The translations under genes were made by a program, and so were the position numbers. From the human T2T-CHM13v2.0 reference genome, Homo sapiens: a stretch of DNA of 64,000 nucleotides. Below the pieces are notes generated by a model. That model saw nothing but the letters and a program-made list of their open reading frames with translations, was not told where the DNA came from and did not search any database. The stretch is from assembly GCF_009914755.1 (NCBI RefSeq), contig NC_060929.1; one strand, written 5' to 3'. Positions 37,451 to 55,130 of the stretch are shown piece by piece; within the stretch, counting starts at the first letter, position 1, and the number at the start of each line of letters is the position of its first letter.

Positions 37451-37859
37451 CTCTCAAAGGGAAGTAAGTGCTCCTCCCTCTAATCTTCTGTAGCCTGTTG
37501 TCTTTAATGATTCTGGCCACTTTTTAACCTCTCCTGCTTGCCCATAGGTTAGGTTAATTACAGAAAAAGTTGAATGTGGAGACTGAATTTAAAGCATAGA
37601 TTCAAGAAAAAGAAATTTTGTATATTTACATTTAAGATATTATACTAGCTAAAACTCAGAAAAAATTATGATAGATTTTACTGCATATGGGTGGTAGCGC
37701 CATACATTTGCATATAAGGGATATCAGTGGTGGAAAAAGACACAGAATGGAAGATAGGGATGTGTGGAGTTTATGGCAAGTTTCAATGGGAGACTCACAA
37801 CACAAACTTGTTGAATTCAGAAGCATGTTCAGAATACACAGCAGAGATTTATATACCTT

Positions 37860-38690
37860 TTGAAAAATAGCTCCTGGCGTGCTGCAGAGCCCTGGGAGAG
37901 ATGTGTTGCTTGGCGCTGAGATATCACACAGGTGACATCGGGGTCACAGTTGTTCAGTAATGATCTATCCTAAGATGAAAGTGGTACGTGCAGGAGTGAA
38001 CACAAGCAGGACCAGAGGGTGCAAGCTGCATGAGCAGGTGGACTGGACTCTTTCATGTCATCCACTACCATTGCCCAAGTGCCTTTCCCTCAACTTATAT
38101 CTCCATGGGTGATACCTTTGATCAGTTGGTGAAGCAAAAAAAGCCCACATTAGATTCACGGATGGGTCAGTTTGATTTTGTAGTTGAACTACAGCTCTAT
38201 TTGTGTGTCCTTGAAAGAGAAGTGATCAGGGAATATCCTCCTGATGGGCAGATCTTTGGAAGGTGCACTTCATCATTCACTTTGTGTAGTAAGAGAAATA
38301 GCCCCAGGTTAAAATATACATGGACTCATGGGGAAGGGTGAATGGCTTGGCTGGTTGGAAAGGGACTTGGAAGAAGAATTAGTAGATTGGGAACAAGGAT
38401 GTCTGAGGTAGAGGGGTATGAGAAAGGATATATGGGTGTGCACAAGAAATGTGAGTAAAGGAACTGGTCCGTGGCCTGGGGGTTGGGGACCCCTGCTTTC
38501 GAGTCAAAAGCCTCGAGGCCTCCTTTGGTACTACACCACAGTTAAACTTTTTCCTTTGCCTAATCCTACTTCTTTCCCTGCTCTTCTTAAAGAGTTGATC
38601 ATAAGAGCACTCTGTATTAATATTCCCACATGCCACTCTGCAGTACAGAGTCGGCTTCGTGTGAAAGTCCACCTTCACCAGTGTTTTTCT
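37860..38690 (+). mobile_element. ERVL-class internal (RNase H-like) remnant followed by an LTR16-like 3' segment
   Basis: tatacatggactcatgg...aatggcttggctggttgg...gggacttggaag...attgggaacaaggatgtctgaggtagagg resembles ERVL YTDSW-NGLAGW-GTWK-IGDKEVWGRG. Confidence 0.6.
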
Positions 38691-39259
38691 GGGCCTTCAG
38701 CATAGTGATAATGGGACCCTTCCATAAAGGTGGGATAGGCAAAATAAGACCTCCAACTGAGAGATATTATCATTGGCTTAACTCTGACACTAACTAGTTT
38801 TTGATCTTGGGTATGCCTTTAATTTCACTCATTCAAACAAGTTTTTATTTTGAATGTTTACAATGCATTTTGGTAGACAAAACTCAGTTCCTTTACTCAA
38901 GAAGTTTATAGGTCTAATGGGTCATAGGTTCTTTATTTGTATTATGAAGGGGATAGACTTGAATTAGTGTTTCTAAACCTCTTGTTCATTTAAGTCCCCA
39001 TCACAGACCCCGTCACCTTCATTTCTTTGTGTTTGAGAATCACTCTCTTCTGTGTATCCTTAAGGACCAAGAATATTTGGTTAACTGAATATCCAAAACA
39101 ATCTTGATCAGTAAATCTTGTCCCTTACCCCCCTTCCCACCTGAATCCACAAAGCTCATTGTATCATTCTTATGGCTTTACATCATCATAGCGTAGCTCC
39201 CACTTAATAAGTGAGAACATATGATGTTAGGTTTTCTATTCCTGAGTTACTTCACATAG

Positions 39260-39681
<422 letters not shown>

Positions 39682-41007
39682 AACATATTTTCTTTATCCA
39701 CTTGTTGATTTATAGACATTTGGGTTGGTTCTATATTTTTGCAACTGCAAATTGTGCTGCTATAAACATATGTGTGCAAGTATCCTTTTGTATAATCACT
39801 TCTTTTCCTCTGGGATTGCTGGATCAAATGGTTGATCTACTTTTAGTTCTTTAAAAAAATCTTCATGCTGCTTTCCATAGTGGTTGTACTAGTTTGCATT
39901 CCTACCAGCAGTGTAAAAGTGTTCTCTTTTCACCACAACCATGCCAACATCTATTATTTTTTGATTTTTGGGTTATGGCCATTCTTGCAGGAATAAGGTG
40001 GTATCATATCATGGTTTTGATTTGCATTTCCCTGATCATTGGTGATGTTAAGCATTTTTTCATATGTTTGTTGGCCATTTGTATATCTTCTTTTGAGAAT
40101 TGTCTATTCATGTCCTTAGCCCACTTTTTGATGGGATTGTTTATTTTTTTCTTGCTAGTTTGTTTAAGTCAATTCCTTGTAGATTCTGGATATTAGTCCT
40201 TTGTCAGATGCATAGTTTGCAAAGATTTTCTCCCACTTTGTGGGCTGTTTTTTCTTTCTAGTTTGTTTAAGTCAGTTCCTTGTAGATTCTGTATATTAGT
40301 CCTTTGTCAAATGCATAGTTTGCAAAGATTTTCTCCCACTTTGTGGGCTGTTTACTCTGCTGATTATTTCTTTTGCTGTGCAGAAACTTTTTAGTTTTAT
40401 TAAATTCCATCTGTTTATTTTTGTTTCTGTTGCATTTGCTTTTAGGTTCTTTGTCATTAAGTCTTTGCCTGAGCCAATGTCTAGAAGGGTTTTTCTGATG
40501 TTATCTTCTAGGATTTTTATGATTTAGGTCTTAGATTTAAGTCTTTTATCTATTTTGTGTTGATTTTGTATAAAGGGGAGATGAGGATCCAGTTTCATTC
40601 TTCTACATGTGGCTTGCCAATTATCCCAGCACCATTTGTTGAATAGAGCGTCCTTTCCCCACTTTATGTTTTTGTTTGCTTTGTCAAAGATTGGTTGGCT
40701 GTATTTGGCTTTATGTCTGGGTTCTCTTTTCTGTTTCATTGGTCTACATGCCTATTTTTATACCAGTGCCATGCTGAGTTGGTGACTATAGCCTTATAGT
40801 ATAGTTTGAAGTTGGGTAATGTGATGCCTCTCTACTTTCCAGGAATTTATCCATGTCTTTTAGGTTTTCTAGTTTATGCATGTAAAGGTGTTCACAGTAG
40901 CCTTGAATGATCTTTTGTATTTATATAGTGTCAGTTGTAATATCTCCTGTTTTGTTCCTTATTGAGCTTATTTGTATCTCTCCTCTTTTCTTGGTTAATC
41001 TTGCTAA

Positions 41008-41363
<356 letters not shown>

Positions 41364-44300
41364 TTATTTATCTTTTGTATTGTTTTATTTTTGTTTCAAT
41401 TTCATTTAGTTCAGCTCTGATCTCAGCTATTTCCTTTCTTCTGCTGGGTTTGGGTTTGGTTTGTTCTTGTTTCTCTAGTTCCTTGAAGTGTGACCTTAGA
41501 TTGCCTATTTGTGCTCTTTCAGACTTTTCGATGTTGGCATTCAGTGCTATGAAGTTTCCTCTTAGCACTGCTTTTGGTGTATCCCAGGTGTTTTGATAGG
41601 TTATGTCACTGCTATCATTCAGCTCAAAGGATTTTAAAATTTCCATCTTGATTTCATTGTTGACCCAGTGATCATTCAGGAGTAGGTTATTTAATTTCCA
41701 TGTATTTGCATGGTTGTGAGGGTTCCTTTTGGAGTTGATTTCCAATTTTATTCCACTAGAGTCTGAGGGAATACTTGATCTAGTTTTGATTTTCTAAATT
41801 TATTGAGACTTGTTTTGTGGCCTATTATATGGTCTTTCTTGGAGAATGTTCCATGTGCTGATGAATAGAATGTATATTCTGCAGTTGTTGGGTAGAATGT
41901 TCTATAAATATCTGTTAAGTCCATTTTGTTTTAGGATATAGTTTAAGTCTGTATTTCTTTTTTGACTTTCTGTCTTGATGGCCTGTCTAGTGCTGTCAGT
42001 GGAGTACTGAAATCCTCCACTATTATTGTGTTGCTGTCTATCTCATTTCTTAGGCAGGTCTAGTAGTACTTGTTTTATAAATTTGGGACCTCCAGTGTTA
42101 GGTGCATATATATTTAGGATTGTTATATTTTCTTGTTGGACTAGTCCTTTTATCATTATATAATGTCACTCTTTGTCTTTTTTTTTTGTTGTTGTTGCTT
42201 TGAAGTCTGTTTTGTCTGATATAAGAATAGCTACTCCTGCTTGCTTTTGGTGTCCATTTGCATGGAATGTCTTTTTCCACCCCCTTTACCTTTAGTTTAT
42301 GTGAGTCCTTATGTGTTAGATGAATCTCTTGAAGTCAGCAGTTAGTTGGTTGGTGAATTCTTATCCATTCTGCCATTCTGTATCTTTTAAGTGGAGCATT
42401 TAGGTCATTTACACTGAAGTTAGTATTGAAAATGAGATACTATTCTATTTGTTGTGCTAGTTGTTGCCTGAATACCTGCTGCTAATCTGATAGGTTTTCC
42501 TTTGTAGGTCACCTGATGCTTTTGCCTCACAGCTCTTAAGATTCTTTCCTTTGCCTTGACTTTAGATAACCTGATGATTTTGTGCCTAAGCGATGATCTT
42601 TTGCAATGAATTTCCTGGGTATTCTTTGAGCTTCTTGTATTTGGATGTCTAGATCTCTAGCAAGGCCAGGAGCTTTCCTCGATTATTCCCTTAAATATGT
42701 TTTCCAAACTTTTAGATTTCTCTTCTTCCTCAGGAACACCAATTATTCTTGGGTTTGGTTGTTTAACATAATCCCAAACTTCTTGGAGGCTTTGTTTATT
42801 TATTTTTTATTATTTTTTCTTTGTCTTTATTGGACTGGGTTAATTTGAAAGCCTTGCTGTCGAGCTCTGAAGTTCTTTCCTCTACTTATTTGATTCTATT
42901 GCTGAGACTTTCCAGTGTATTTTCCATTTCTCTAGGTGTGTCCTTCATTTCCAGAAGTTATAATTGTTTTTTATTTATGCTATCTGTTTCTCTGGAGATT
43001 TTTCCCATCCATATCTTGTATAATTTTTATTTCTTTAAGGTGGTATTCACTTTACTGTGGTGCCTCCTTAAATAGCTTAATAATCGACCTTCTGAATTCT
43101 TTTTCTGGCAATTTGGAGGTTTCTTCTTGGTTTGGATCCATTGCTTGTGAGGTAGTGTGATTTTTTTGGGGTGTTAAAGAACCTTGTTTTGTCATATTAC
43201 CAGAATTGTTTTTCTGGTTCCTTCTCATTTGGGTATACTATGTGAGAAGAAAAGATCTGGGGCTCAGGGGCTATTTTTCAGATTCTTTTGTCCCACGGGG
43301 TGATCCCTTGATGTAGTAGTGCTCTCCCCCTTCCCCTAGGGATGGGGCTTCCTGAGAGCCGAACTGCCGTGATTGTTATTTCTCTTCTGCATCTAGCTAC
43401 CAGTGGATCTATGAGCTACCAGGCTCAAGGCTGGTACTGGGGCATGTCTGCAAAGAGTCCTGTGATGTTATTTATCTTCAGGTCTCTCAGCTATGGATAC
43501 CAGCATTTGCTCTGGTGGAGGTAGCAGGGGAGTGAATTGGACTCTATGAGGGTTCTTGGTTGCAGTTTTGTTTAGTGCACTGGTTTTGTGTTGGTTGGCC
43601 TCCAGCCAGGAGGTGGTGCTTTCGAGAGAGCATCAGCTGTGGTAGTATAGGGAGGATACAAGCTTGCCTTAGGGTTGCCTGCATAAATATTCAGGTTTTT
43701 CAGGTGGTAGTTGGGCCCATAGAGCTCCCAAGAAATTATGTTCTTTGTATTTGGCTATCAGGGTGGGTAGAGAAAGACCATCAAGTTGGGGCAGGGTTAT
43801 ATGTGTCTGAGCTGAGATTTTCTTTATGTGTGGCTTGCTGCAGCTGCTGTGGGGGGCAGGGTATGGTTCTTAGGCTTGCTAACGGAGTTATGTTCCCAGG
43901 GGGATTATGGCTGCCTCTGCTGCATCATACAGGTTACCACAGAAGTGGGGAAAAGCCAGTAGTGACAGGCCTCACCGCAGAGCCTGAAGGGCCAGTCTTA
44001 CTCCCACCGTGCCCCACCAACAGCACTGAGTTTATTTACAGGCAGCTGGTGAGCAGGGCTGAGAACTTGCCCCAGGCTACAAGCCTCCCTGCTGAGAAAG
44101 CAAGCAGGGCTTTCAGGTTTCCTGCCTCCCCACATGCCACAGTTTCTGTGCTTGTATCTGTACTCCTAGGTTGCCCCCTCCCTTGGATTCGGTCCAGGAA
44201 ACTTCGCCTTCAGTCAAAAGTGTTACAAAGTTTGTCTGGAAATTTCCTTCTCCCTTTGGTCTTTCTGTAATTCCACTGGCAGCCCTCCTCAAGGACTCCT

Positions 44301-44979
44301 GCGAGAGAAAGTCAGGAATGGCTTCCCTGGGGACCGAGAGTGCCCCACAGGGCTCTTTCTGCTGCTTCCTCTACTTCTGTATTTTGCTTGGCTCTAAGTT
44401 TGTCTCAACTTCAGGTAAGGTCATATTCTTCTCCCATGATCTAAATCTTCACATTCCCCAGTGAGGATGTATGTTCAGGGGTGGACATCCTTCCTCTCAC
44501 ACTTTGGGCACTCACAGTTTTCTGGCTGTCTTACTGAGCCTGCCGCGGCAAGCTGCTTCATTCAAAGTGTCTATGGATTCTCTTGGTTTTCCTGGTATAT
44601 TCCTGTTGTAGTTCTTGGAGCAGAAGTTCATAATGTGAGTCTCTGCATGCTGCTCTGTCCATCTGAGTGGGAGCTGCAAGTTAGTTCTGCCTCCTGTCTG
44701 CCATTTTTCCCAATAGATCTGTTTTGATCATTTTACATTGTATACATGTATCAAAACATCACATTGTTCCTCATAAATGTATATAATTATGGTTTGTCAA
44801 TGAAAAAATAATATTAATAAAATATTTGGTTAAGATTTGTTTTATGAAAATAATATATTTTCATTTTGCAAATAGAAAACTATATCACACTGGTAGATAC
44901 TCATTTTCAAACTGTACCTCCCAGTCTCTTAGTGATTTTGATAGTTCCACTCACCTTGAGAATTACTGGATAGGTGATT

Positions 44980-45600
44980 AGTCAGGAACCAGTCAGTGGA
45001 CAGAAGCCGTCTTAGTTATTTAAACAGAGCCTTTAATATTCAGAATGTTAAATTAGGCATAAAGTTCACTAGATAACTAAAAAGGGGACATGAGAATATT
45101 AAGGCACTACAGCTACTACCACTAGGGTTGGAGGAACAAAAAGAAGAGATTGAAATTACTAACACTTAGATGCTTAGAAGAGAGGACCCACAGACCTGAC
45201 AACCTGACATCTGAGTAGGGGGCACTGCCATGTTGGTGCTAGTATTTCTGGGCCGGGAGGACATGATAAAACTTGTTTTCCAAGTGTTGGAAAAATTGCA
45301 ACTAAATTCAGCTGATGCTGTGGAAGCTCCCTGCTGTTGCTGGGGTAAAGAAGTGTTGTCAGGGTGATGCTAACAAAAATGGCACACACACAGGAAGCTT
45401 GTAGAAAGCAAACAGGAAGAAGACAGAGGAAGCAAGTTGACTCTTCCCACTTCTAAGATCCCTTTTTGGCAGAGTGCAACATGGAGCCAGCTGGCAAAGC
45501 CAAAATGGAATTTAAGGGTCTCAGTCCTAGCATCAGAGGCTAGAGTGTAGAAGTCTGGGTGTAGAGCTAAGAGACAATAGCTTGATAAGTGGCACAGCCT
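44980..45600. mobile_element. Ancient LTR remnant (LTR78/79-like); a related remnant at about 49180-49660
   Basis: gagccagctggcaaagc...gagacaatagcttgataagtggcaca; family assignment uncertain. Confidence 0.4.
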
Positions 45601-47049
45601 GTATGGTCTTTTTGAGATCCAATTTGCCTGTTAGACCTGCTGCATAGGGCAGTAATCAAGTAGGCATCTTAATGGCTTGCCTTTTTTGAGATATTGTCTA
45701 TTTAGGTTCCTTGATTTAGAGAATATGTAACTTGTTTCAGATCTTTGGTCGTCTACTTCATTGACTTCAATTAATGAATTTACCTGTTTTAGTTCTGTGC
45801 TTGTTTTACTTTTTTGTTGTTGTTATATCTTTGTTTTCAAAAATTAAAAATAATTCCATTACTCTGTTAGAAATGTTTATTAAATAGGGCTTTTAAGTTA
45901 CCTAAAATAATATGTATAATTGTGTAGGTTACAAATTCGAATACTAAATGTGTTATTCCAAGTTACTCTATGCTAGAATTTTAAATGTTTCCATACACTA
46001 AATATGACATCATTTTATGATTTTTTTCTTTGGATAGTAAATCTTGGTTTTAAAAATATTATTTCGACCATTGGGTATTTAACTGCCTTATATTAGAATA
46101 GCTTTTTTAGTCTAAGCTACTGCCTGACTTCCAGACTTGGTTAAATATTCTTACTACTCCCCCACTTTTTTTTTATTTGGCTTAATGTACTCCTCTTTAA
46201 TGTGAAAACAATATTTTTTCAAACAGGTCTCCCAAGGATAAAATTGTTTGGTTCTCTTAGAATGTGCAACTTTGTTAAACTGCCATCTATAGTCTGATGA
46301 CATCTGAAATTAGCTTTTAAAACAGTGACCGGGGTTACCATAGTGACCATTACTCTGATAATCCAAACTCATTTATTAACCTAGGGAGTTCTTGTCAAGG
46401 AAGTCAAGGGTTGGCACTAATTGATTTGAGGTTACTGCCTGAATATTAGTTCATGTTGAACTGATTTGTTTTTCTAAAACATATCTAACATATGTTAAGC
46501 CTGTATGGAATAAAGCTCACACAGTGTAGTGTAGCCAAAAATAACCTGTTGGCTGGCCATTTTTAGAACTTTCACTATTTCTATAAATATTAGTGGTAGT
46601 ATGTTCTATTATTTAATATGTTGCTTCTTTAAAGTCACTGGAGGAATTGATATTCAATTTGTGAATAAACTTAAATGCTATCTTGGGTTTTTCCCTCATG
46701 ATGCCGGAATGCTTTGGGCATTTTCCTACCTGTGTAACTCAAGGTAGGTGGATAAAAGAAGGTGAGGTGAAATGAAAATTTTGGTATTTTTATTGTTGTT
46801 TTTACTTTATTGGCGCTGATAAAGTGTTTCTTCAGAGTTTGAAGGCATTTCATTAAGGGTCTTTGCTCATTTAAAGAATCGATTTTTTCATTGTTTTTGC
46901 TACTAGATCACTGAAAGTAGATCACAGTTATCTCAACATTAGTTTCTTAAATGTCAAGATAGAATATTACTTATGCATGTTTAAAATGGTTTTAGAACTA
47001 AATTTGTAAAGAAACCAATTTTTATTTTTAAAAGTGTATTCTTATTTAC

Positions 47050-47835
47050 AATTTTTAAGAAATTTAATTTGTATTGACAAATAATAGTATATTTATGGAG
47101 TAAAAAGTCATGCTTGGATACATGTATACATTGTAGAATGAGCAAATCAGGCTAATTAACATATCCATCACCTCACGTACTTATAAAATCCAACCTTTTG
47201 GAAATTTTGAAATACATATTATCACTAATTATAGTCACCTTGCTTTGCAATGGACCACCACAACTTAAAAGTATATTCGTTTTTTTCCCCCTTTTTATAA
47301 TTTCAGCTTTTATTTTAGATTCAGGAGGTATATGTGTAAGTTTGTTACATGGGTATATTGCACAATGCTGAAGTTTCGGGTATGGTTTATCCTGTCACCC
47401 AGTAGCGAGCATAGTACCCGATAGTTTAACCCCTTCCCCCATCCCCATCTCCCCTCCTCTAGTAGTCTCTGTTGTCTACTGTTGCCATCTTTATATCCAT
47501 GTGTACACAGTGTTTAGCTCCCACTTAAAAGTGAGAACATGCAGTATTTGGTTTCTCGTTCCTGGATTAATTTCCTTAGGATAATGGCCCCCAGGTGTAT
47601 CTATATTGCTGCAAGGACATGATTTCATTCTTTTGGATGGCTTCATAGTATTCCATGGTGTATATGTACCACATTTTTTTAATCCAGTCCATCATTGGTA
47701 GGCTAGGCACTTAAATTAAATTAATTCCATGTCTTTGCTATCGTGAATAGTGCTGTGATGAACCACAGTTGCATGTGTCTTTTTGGTAAAGCAATTTATT
47801 TTCCTTTGGATATATACCTAGTTATGGGATTACAG
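47050..47835 (-). mobile_element. Two nested or adjacent L1 3'-end fragments
   Basis: ggctaattaacatatccatcacctc; tgtttagctcccacttaaaagtgagaacatgcagtatttgg. Confidence 0.8.
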
Positions 47836-47959
47836 TATATTCTTAATGTAACATTTTGTGTTAAATGTTTTTAGTAATTTCTTTTTCAATATTCATTTTA
47901 AATTTGCACTTACATATAAGTGATTGTCAGCAGAATGTGCTAATTGTTCTTTCAACATG

Positions 47960-48430
47960 CATTCTTTCATTTCATTTTTCCTTTTAGCAACAGAAGCTGC
48001 TGATTTCCATCTGAACTCATGACGCCTGAGCCAGAGATGATGTTTTCCAGCCTTGTTAGAGATATATGTAGTTACATGTCTAAGTTTTTATCTGTATATA
48101 GGATGGGAGTAGAAATTAGAAATGCAGATTCTGGGTCTTGCTTTAAAACAATGGATATGTGGATCCTTCTGTTTCATTTCAAGGCTGGACCTTGACCATT
48201 GTAGTGAATCAGCTTCACTCATGCAGGTAAGGGAAATACTCTCAGGGAATGTCTGAAAAACAAGATGGAAGGACCCTAGTTCCCAGGTATCCCACAGAGC
48301 CAGCTACTTTACCATTTTGCTCCACCTACCTGCCTCTGAATATTACGTGAGAGAGCAATACATTTCTACCTTATTTGAGCTATTGTATTTTGGGGTCTCT
48401 TGTTACATAAGATTAGTTTACACCCAAACT
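47960..48430. mobile_element. MLT1J/K-like LTR remnant
   Basis: aagatggaaggaccctagttccc...gagagagcaatacatttctaccttatttgagctattgtattttggggtctc. Confidence 0.5.
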
Positions 48431-50259
48431 AATATAAGTAAGATTTTAAGTGTAACATTTTCTGATGACTTGAAGTTTCAAAGAAAGCTCTAGAGGCTGA
48501 GGCTCAGACATGCTGGTATCTACATTCTACACTTAAGCACTAGACCATATATGTAAGGTTAGCAAAAGGGCTGCCAAAACTCAGTTCTGCTCTCATTAAC
48601 CTATCACCCACCTCCATACTATGTAAATTAAGTACTGGAGAGTCATTGGAGATTAAAAAATGGAGGCCTATATTGAGAATTTCTTGGGAGAAAGATGTCA
48701 GTGTTTTATGATAATTCCTCCTTTGCCTTTCCCATGGTTAGGAGAGTGTTGCTGGCCTTGACTAAAGCAAGTGATGGGGCTGTGAAGAGACCCATTTAGA
48801 GAATTTCACATGTGGCTCTGAGAATTTAGGGAATATTGGGCCTGGCAACTGTCTTATTCCTAAGAGTCTTAAGTGAAAATGTGGGCTGTAGAAGTGTACT
48901 GGTGAAAACAAAAGGAGAAGGTTGTATTGAGATCATTTTGGGCTTCCATAGTTGGTTGGGAAAACCTCAAAGTGGTTAAAGGAAAGGACTTCGCCCATTT
49001 ATAACAAGTAACAGTGTAAACCCTTTATGGACATCAGTAATGTGCCAGGTGAATTACTTTGTGGTCACCACCCATTGAACATGAGGCTACAGGATGAATT
49101 CTATAATATCACATTATGGGTTACACATTAGATTCCATTGAGGATGATGAAACTTACAAGGTAAATAAGTCAGAATCTAGTCAGGAGTCAAGAACTATAA
49201 CAATTATTTTAATAGAGAATTTTAAATAGAATTATTAGCCTGGTATTGAGAACAGATACCTTCTTTTAAGTCTGAGAGTAAAAAAGGTAAGAGGTTAGTT
49301 GGTATTTTTAACTCATAGAGGCTCAGAGTCAGGATCCTGAGCTGGGACTCAGGCCCTTTAGGAGGAGTCATTGCCTGATTAGTGCTGGTACTTCAGGAGT
49401 ATGGCTACTGGGCTGGGAACTCTGGGGAGGGGCACTGGCCATCTGGTGTTGGTATCTCTGAGGGACACAATGAGGGTGGTTTTGGGAGTGTAAACTGCAA
49501 CCTATTGCTACTGTAGTACCACCTGTTTCTGCCAGGGTGAAGTATCATTGCTGGGTGATGCTGAGAGCAATAGGAATTATACAGGAAGTAGCAAGTTCTT
49601 TTCTCCCTCTTTCTTCCCTCTAGTCTCCTCTGAGTGCTCCTATTGACAGAATATAACAGGGTGTTTGATATTCCTTTTGTATAGGATCTTGGTTTGAATC
49701 ATCTCAGGCCAACGTATCTCCATGGGTTCCATATTTTGTCTTCAGGATTCCACATTTTTATTAGCCATTGGAGGGGAATGCAGTTAGTTCCCAAATGTAG
49801 CCCTCTCCATTCTGCTGCCATTATCTGCTTTAGTTTTCTCAGGAGCAAGTTATGCAACAAAAGACTGTGGCTCCCAATGGCAGGGAATACATGAGAAATT
49901 TTACAGGCTTTTTTTTATTCTTTCTTAAGTCTCTCTAGGCTTGGGGTGAAGCACAGATACCACCTATACTCCTCTTGCAATGGCTCGAAATTATAGGACA
50001 GCTGTCTTCATGGAAATCCTCTTCACAAATACTTTTGATGTGTTTCCTTTTTGTTCTACTTTTTGTTTTAAAGAACAGCCAATGATATATTTTGTCTGTT
50101 TTCATAATTGTTTATACTGGAGGGTAAGTCCAATACTAGTTATTGTAACATGGCCAAAAGCCTCCTGTAAATCCTTTCTGTAATTACCTTTTCTCCACTC
50201 AAATTCTGAGTGCTAGATGGCTGTGTAAAATCTTACAACATTTTTTAAATAGCTCTGCT

Positions 50260-52990
<2,731 letters not shown>

Positions 52991-54769
52991 CTTAAAAAAT
53001 TACTGTAATTTACATGCTCTGTCATTTCCTCTTCTGCTTCTTTTGGAGAATTACGATTTTCCTCCCTCATAAAGAATCCACTTAAAAGTAATACTGATTG
53101 GCTTTGAATTCTGTGGGCTATTTATTTTTTTTATGTAAAAGAAAGTCTTTACAATCCTCTTCAATCTAATCATCATATTTTAAAATCTGTAACAATATAC
53201 TTTTGGTTCCATGATTCCAGAATATCATATTATTTGGTTGAAAAATCTGAATGTTACAGAGTTCTTGATCCATTAAATAGTTTGAATATGTATTTAAATT
53301 CAAGTCTCATATTTCAAATTATTATAATTTGCAGTAGAAGGTAAGTTGTTTTGCCTTTTAATAATGATAAAAATCAGATTAAACTAATATTATGCTAGGA
53401 GGTTTAATATTTATATTTTATATTCCACAATGTTCAAAAAATTCTTGAGTTAGGTTACAATAAAAATAGACACAGCTATTTAAAAGCCTTGTTCCAGAAA
53501 AATATTTAAGAACACTAAAAGGTAAGTGTTACATTTTAAAAAATTATACAAAAGTTTTTACAATATTTTCATAGTTTTATAAAAGGGAATATATACTATC
53601 TCTATATATATATCTGGAAGAACATATATCAGAGTTGTTAGCAGAATAGTTATCTTTGGGTTGTGGTCTTTAAAATTTTTCTCTGCCCTTTTCTGCATTT
53701 TCAAAAGTATGTACAAGGAATTTTCAGTACTTTTGCAATTAGAAAAGCAATAAATATTAAAAACATACCTGCATACATATAATATGATTGTTAAAACTGG
53801 AAATAGCACAGAGAAAAGTCAGTAAATATTGTTTTCCTCAATAAATGAATCTAAAGTTTATAAGATTTGTTCACTTCCTGAGATTTATAAAATGGTTCTA
53901 ACTTCTTCATGCTTTGTGTTTTAACTTATAAACACGTTCCAACACAGATGCAGACTTTATATGTCTCCATTAGCAGAAAAGACTCATGTCCCATACTTAG
54001 GACAATGAATTCTCAAAGAAATTGTGCTTTTACGTTTTTGTAGATGGCTAGCCATTGTATTGTGGAATAGCACTCCATTTAACCAGTATCATAGAGATAA
54101 TGCGGAATTTTAAAAATAACTTAAGCTTAAATCTGTAAGTATAAAAACTTTTATTTTAATTATTTAGAGTGAAAATATTTGCACAATACTTTCCCAGCTT
54201 AAGTCCTATTTGACTCAGGGTTAGCTTTATGAATCTCAAATATTGAATTAAGCTGTGATGCATTGACATATTGTTAAGTATATTATATTATCACTTATTA
54301 AAATCAAATGCTTTCAGATTGTACAGAAGAAATATAAAGAAGACAAGATCTGGCCTACTCTCTAAATTGTCTACCAGCTCTTACTTCTCATTGGCTGTTG
54401 TGTCCACATGTAATTTACCATGATACGGTTCACCTAATTGTTGGAGCCTACGTGCAACTCTGCTTGTCCTATCATATAAAGTTCATGGATTTCACTATAG
54501 GGCTTTTAGCCTTTTTATTTCTGTTTTTTTTTAAGTCAACTTCTAGTTCAAGGGTACAGATGATCAGAGGTCTTACCTGGGTTAAGTGGGGGGCATTACT
54601 GTATTTTCATAGCTAACTTAATTAAAAAAAAATGACCCAATGATTTGAGACTAGTGCTTACTTGTGATCTAAAATCAAATTTCTTGCACTTTTGACAAAT
54701 CTGTATTGCAGAAGGCTGTAGTTGAAGTATGTGTAGTGAAGCTTTTATTAGACACTGTACTTGGCTCTT

Positions 54770-55130
54770 TCATGTTAAGGCACTTGCCTTTCTTGTTGAG
54801 ATAATAATTACACTTATGCTATAAGATTTTAAGGGGATTAAGTGGAATGTATGTAAAGTGCTTAACACAGTGCCTGGAGCATGACAAGAGCATAATTCTT
54901 ATTTGAGAAAGGAAGAAAAGGCCAATGTGGATGGAGAGTAAGTCAGATTGCTGTGCCATTAGAGGAAGGAAAGTGGGTAAGGGCCAAGTCAGGCTGTGTT
55001 AGGATTTGGGACTTCATTTGGGAGCAAAGTGGGAATTACTGAAGGGTTTTAAGCAAGGAATGGCGTGATCATACTTGAATTTTGAAAAGAATATTCAGGC
55101 TGCTCTTTGGAGATTGAATACCAGAAGAGC
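54770..55130. mobile_element. MIR and L2 fragments
   Basis: tatgtaaagtgcttaacacagtgcctgg; gaagggttttaagcaaggaatggcgtgatc. Confidence 0.6.

Noticed and set aside
43560-44270. 236-aa plus-strand ORF
   Set aside because: Lies antisense within an L1PB-like 5' UTR; non-ATG start; no recognisable domain.
46281-46295. Additional CTCF-like words (here, 34095-34108, and in MER20 at about 56532)
   Set aside because: Weaker matches to the core; not supportable without PWM scoring or ChIP data.
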